From Podarcis tiliguerta (Eukaryota): a DNA stretch of 64,000 nucleotides. Under the pieces are notes generated by a model. That model saw nothing but the letters and a program-made list of their open reading frames with translations, was not told the DNA's origin and did no database searches. Location of the stretch: assembly GCA_965153285.1 (NCBI GenBank), contig OZ229110.1; one strand, 5' to 3'. Shown here piece after piece: positions 62,335-64,000 of the stretch. Both the position numbers and the translations under genes were made by a program. The first letter of the stretch is position 1. Every line of letters starts with the position of its first letter.

Positions 62335-62513
62335 TGAAAGAGCTATTTGTGTTATCCAGGGCCCATAGGCAATGGACTCATTCACTGAAGGTTTTTAAAC
62401 AGGAGTTGGGTGGTCATCCGTCAGGGATTCTTTAGCTATAATTCCTGCATTGCAGGAGGTTGGACTAGATGGGCCCTGGGAACACCTTCCATCTCTACAG
62501 TTATATAATTCTA
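62335..62513 (+). mobile_element. Old CR1 3' fragment
   Basis: tggactc...ctgaaggtttttaaacaggagttgg...ttcctgcattgcaggaggttggactagatg, similar to 5830-6141. Confidence 0.7.
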
Positions 62514-63016
62514 CATTTTGATGGCATATATGCAGCTGCTGCTCTTAATTTCTCTTATAATAGCAGCGCTTTTTGAGCTCATGCTGTTGCAGGAATTAGG
62601 GTGACCACATGTATTCCAGCAACTAGCTGAGGCAGTAGCTGATTGCGAATGGTGCCTCCATGTGAGCCTGACCTAGTAGTTCAGACAGACACACAGGTAA
62701 CCCTATAAGGCAGGGATGGAGAACCTGTGCTATTCCAGGTGTTGCTGGAACCCAGATCCCATTATCCCCAACTAGAATGGCCAACAAATTTTGTAGGGCC
62801 GCAAGTCCCCCATTCCATAACATCATAAGAATAGCTTTCCTGGATCAGACCAAAGGTCCATCCTTTCCGTGGGAGCCTCCACAACCCACAAGTGGGACCT
62901 GGGTGCTATACATGGGCTGAAGTCTAACCACCGAAATGCATTAATTACCAGTAAAATCTCAGTAAGAAGCTGAAGATATTATTTTGATTAAATCATATTA
63001 TATTGCATAACAAGGA

Positions 63017-63259
63017 CATAAGAAGATAGGAAGAGCCTGGAGGATCAGGCATGTGTCCCATCTAGTGCAGCATCCTGTTCTCACAGTGGCCAATGAGATG
63101 TGTGAAAACCTGCAAGCAGGATCCAAGCACAAGAACACTCTCCCCTTCCATGGTTTCCAGCAACTGGTATTCAGAAGCATATTGCTTCCATGATCCATGG
63201 GAGCAGAGCATAGCCTCCATCATGACTAGTAGTCTGAAATCCTAAGATGAAGGGCAGAA

Positions 63260-63310
<51 letters not shown>

Positions 63311-63520
63311 TCCTTCTTTGGAGGTCTTTAAGCAGAGGCTTGACAACCATATTTCAGGAGTGCTCTGATGGTGTTTCCTGCTTGGCAGGGGGTTGGACTC
63401 GATGGCCCTTGTGGTCTCTTCCAACTCTATGATTCTATGGTTCTATGATTCTATAATAATTGATAGACTTATCATCTGTGAATTTGTCAAATTCTGTTTT
63501 AAAGCCATCCAGGTTGGTGT
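63017..63520 (-). mobile_element. Older CR1-type 3' end (different 3'UTR), interrupted by a young CR1
   Basis: Minus-strand TNLDGFKTEFDKFTDDKSIN ORF2 end plus 3'UTR ending ttcttatg. Confidence 0.7.
63309..63454 (+). mobile_element. Young CR1 3' end preceded by (CAT)n at ~63266-63310
   Basis: Near-identical to the reverse complement of ~20172-20315; (ATTCTATG)n tail. Confidence 0.9.
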
Positions 63521-64000
63521 TTGGGAAGGGGTAGTGGCCAGGTGTGGAGAAAGGGGGTTGCAAAGGTGTCAGGGTTGGTTTGCAGAGCGAGCAGGTGTGT
63601 GTGTGTGTACACAAGGGAAAGAACATTGGTATGTTTGCTAGTCCAGTCAAGAACGTCAGGTGGCCTCATATTGACACGTGAAGAGTGATTTGCAATTTGT
63701 TTAAGAACAAAAAAACAGCAGAGAAAGGAAAAGGGCTTCAATGTAGTCAAGGCAATGTCCTTTGTCTGTCTTTTGTGGGTAAATGTTACACTTTCCCCTT
63801 CTGTTGCCCTCATTAAAAATGAAAGGCAATAAAAAAGGTCTACCTTTAGGAACCCGCTGCTAAAAAGGACAATTTCGCAGGCAATTTACAAATCATCTTT
63901 CCCTACTGAGTCTCTTCTGATAAAAGCTATTTTTCTGTGATGAACCACAAATAAACCCTACACTTTGGAACTCATTTGGTGGCCCCATTTCTATACCTTT

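Noticed and set aside
58500-64000. CHRM5, expected convergent to EMC7 by human synteny
   Set aside because: No GPCR coding sequence on either strand within the window; it may lie further right.

Overview
Vertebrate genomic DNA, almost certainly a squamate and probably a lacertid lizard (Sauria SINEs, BovB, CR1, L2 and Penelope pieces, plus many Tc1/pogo- and hAT-type MITEs). Two complete spliced + strand genes can be assembled exon by exon with GT-AG sites and consistent phases. KATNBL1 has a CpG-island promoter at ~23.6-24.5 kb, a non-coding exon 1 ending at 24142, and 9 coding exons in 32270-42468 (304 aa). EMC7 has a CpG-island promoter at ~48.9 kb and 5 coding exons in 49086-56758 (247 aa). 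Upstream, two phase-compatible exons (3856-3947 and 10242-10327) appear to end a third + strand gene whose product I do not recognise. Most other track ORFs are transposon remnants, antisense shadows or microsatellite artefacts. I found no clear new multi-gene system. Best leads: the unidentified gene; a spliced uORF overlapping the KATNBL1 start; a young solo LTR with an internal ORF and palindrome; Penelope-derived hammerhead ribozyme relics in both first introns; a triplicated CCAAT module at the EMC7 promoter; and three BovB copies truncated at nearly the same point. Gene and repeat family names come from recalled sequences, not database searches.
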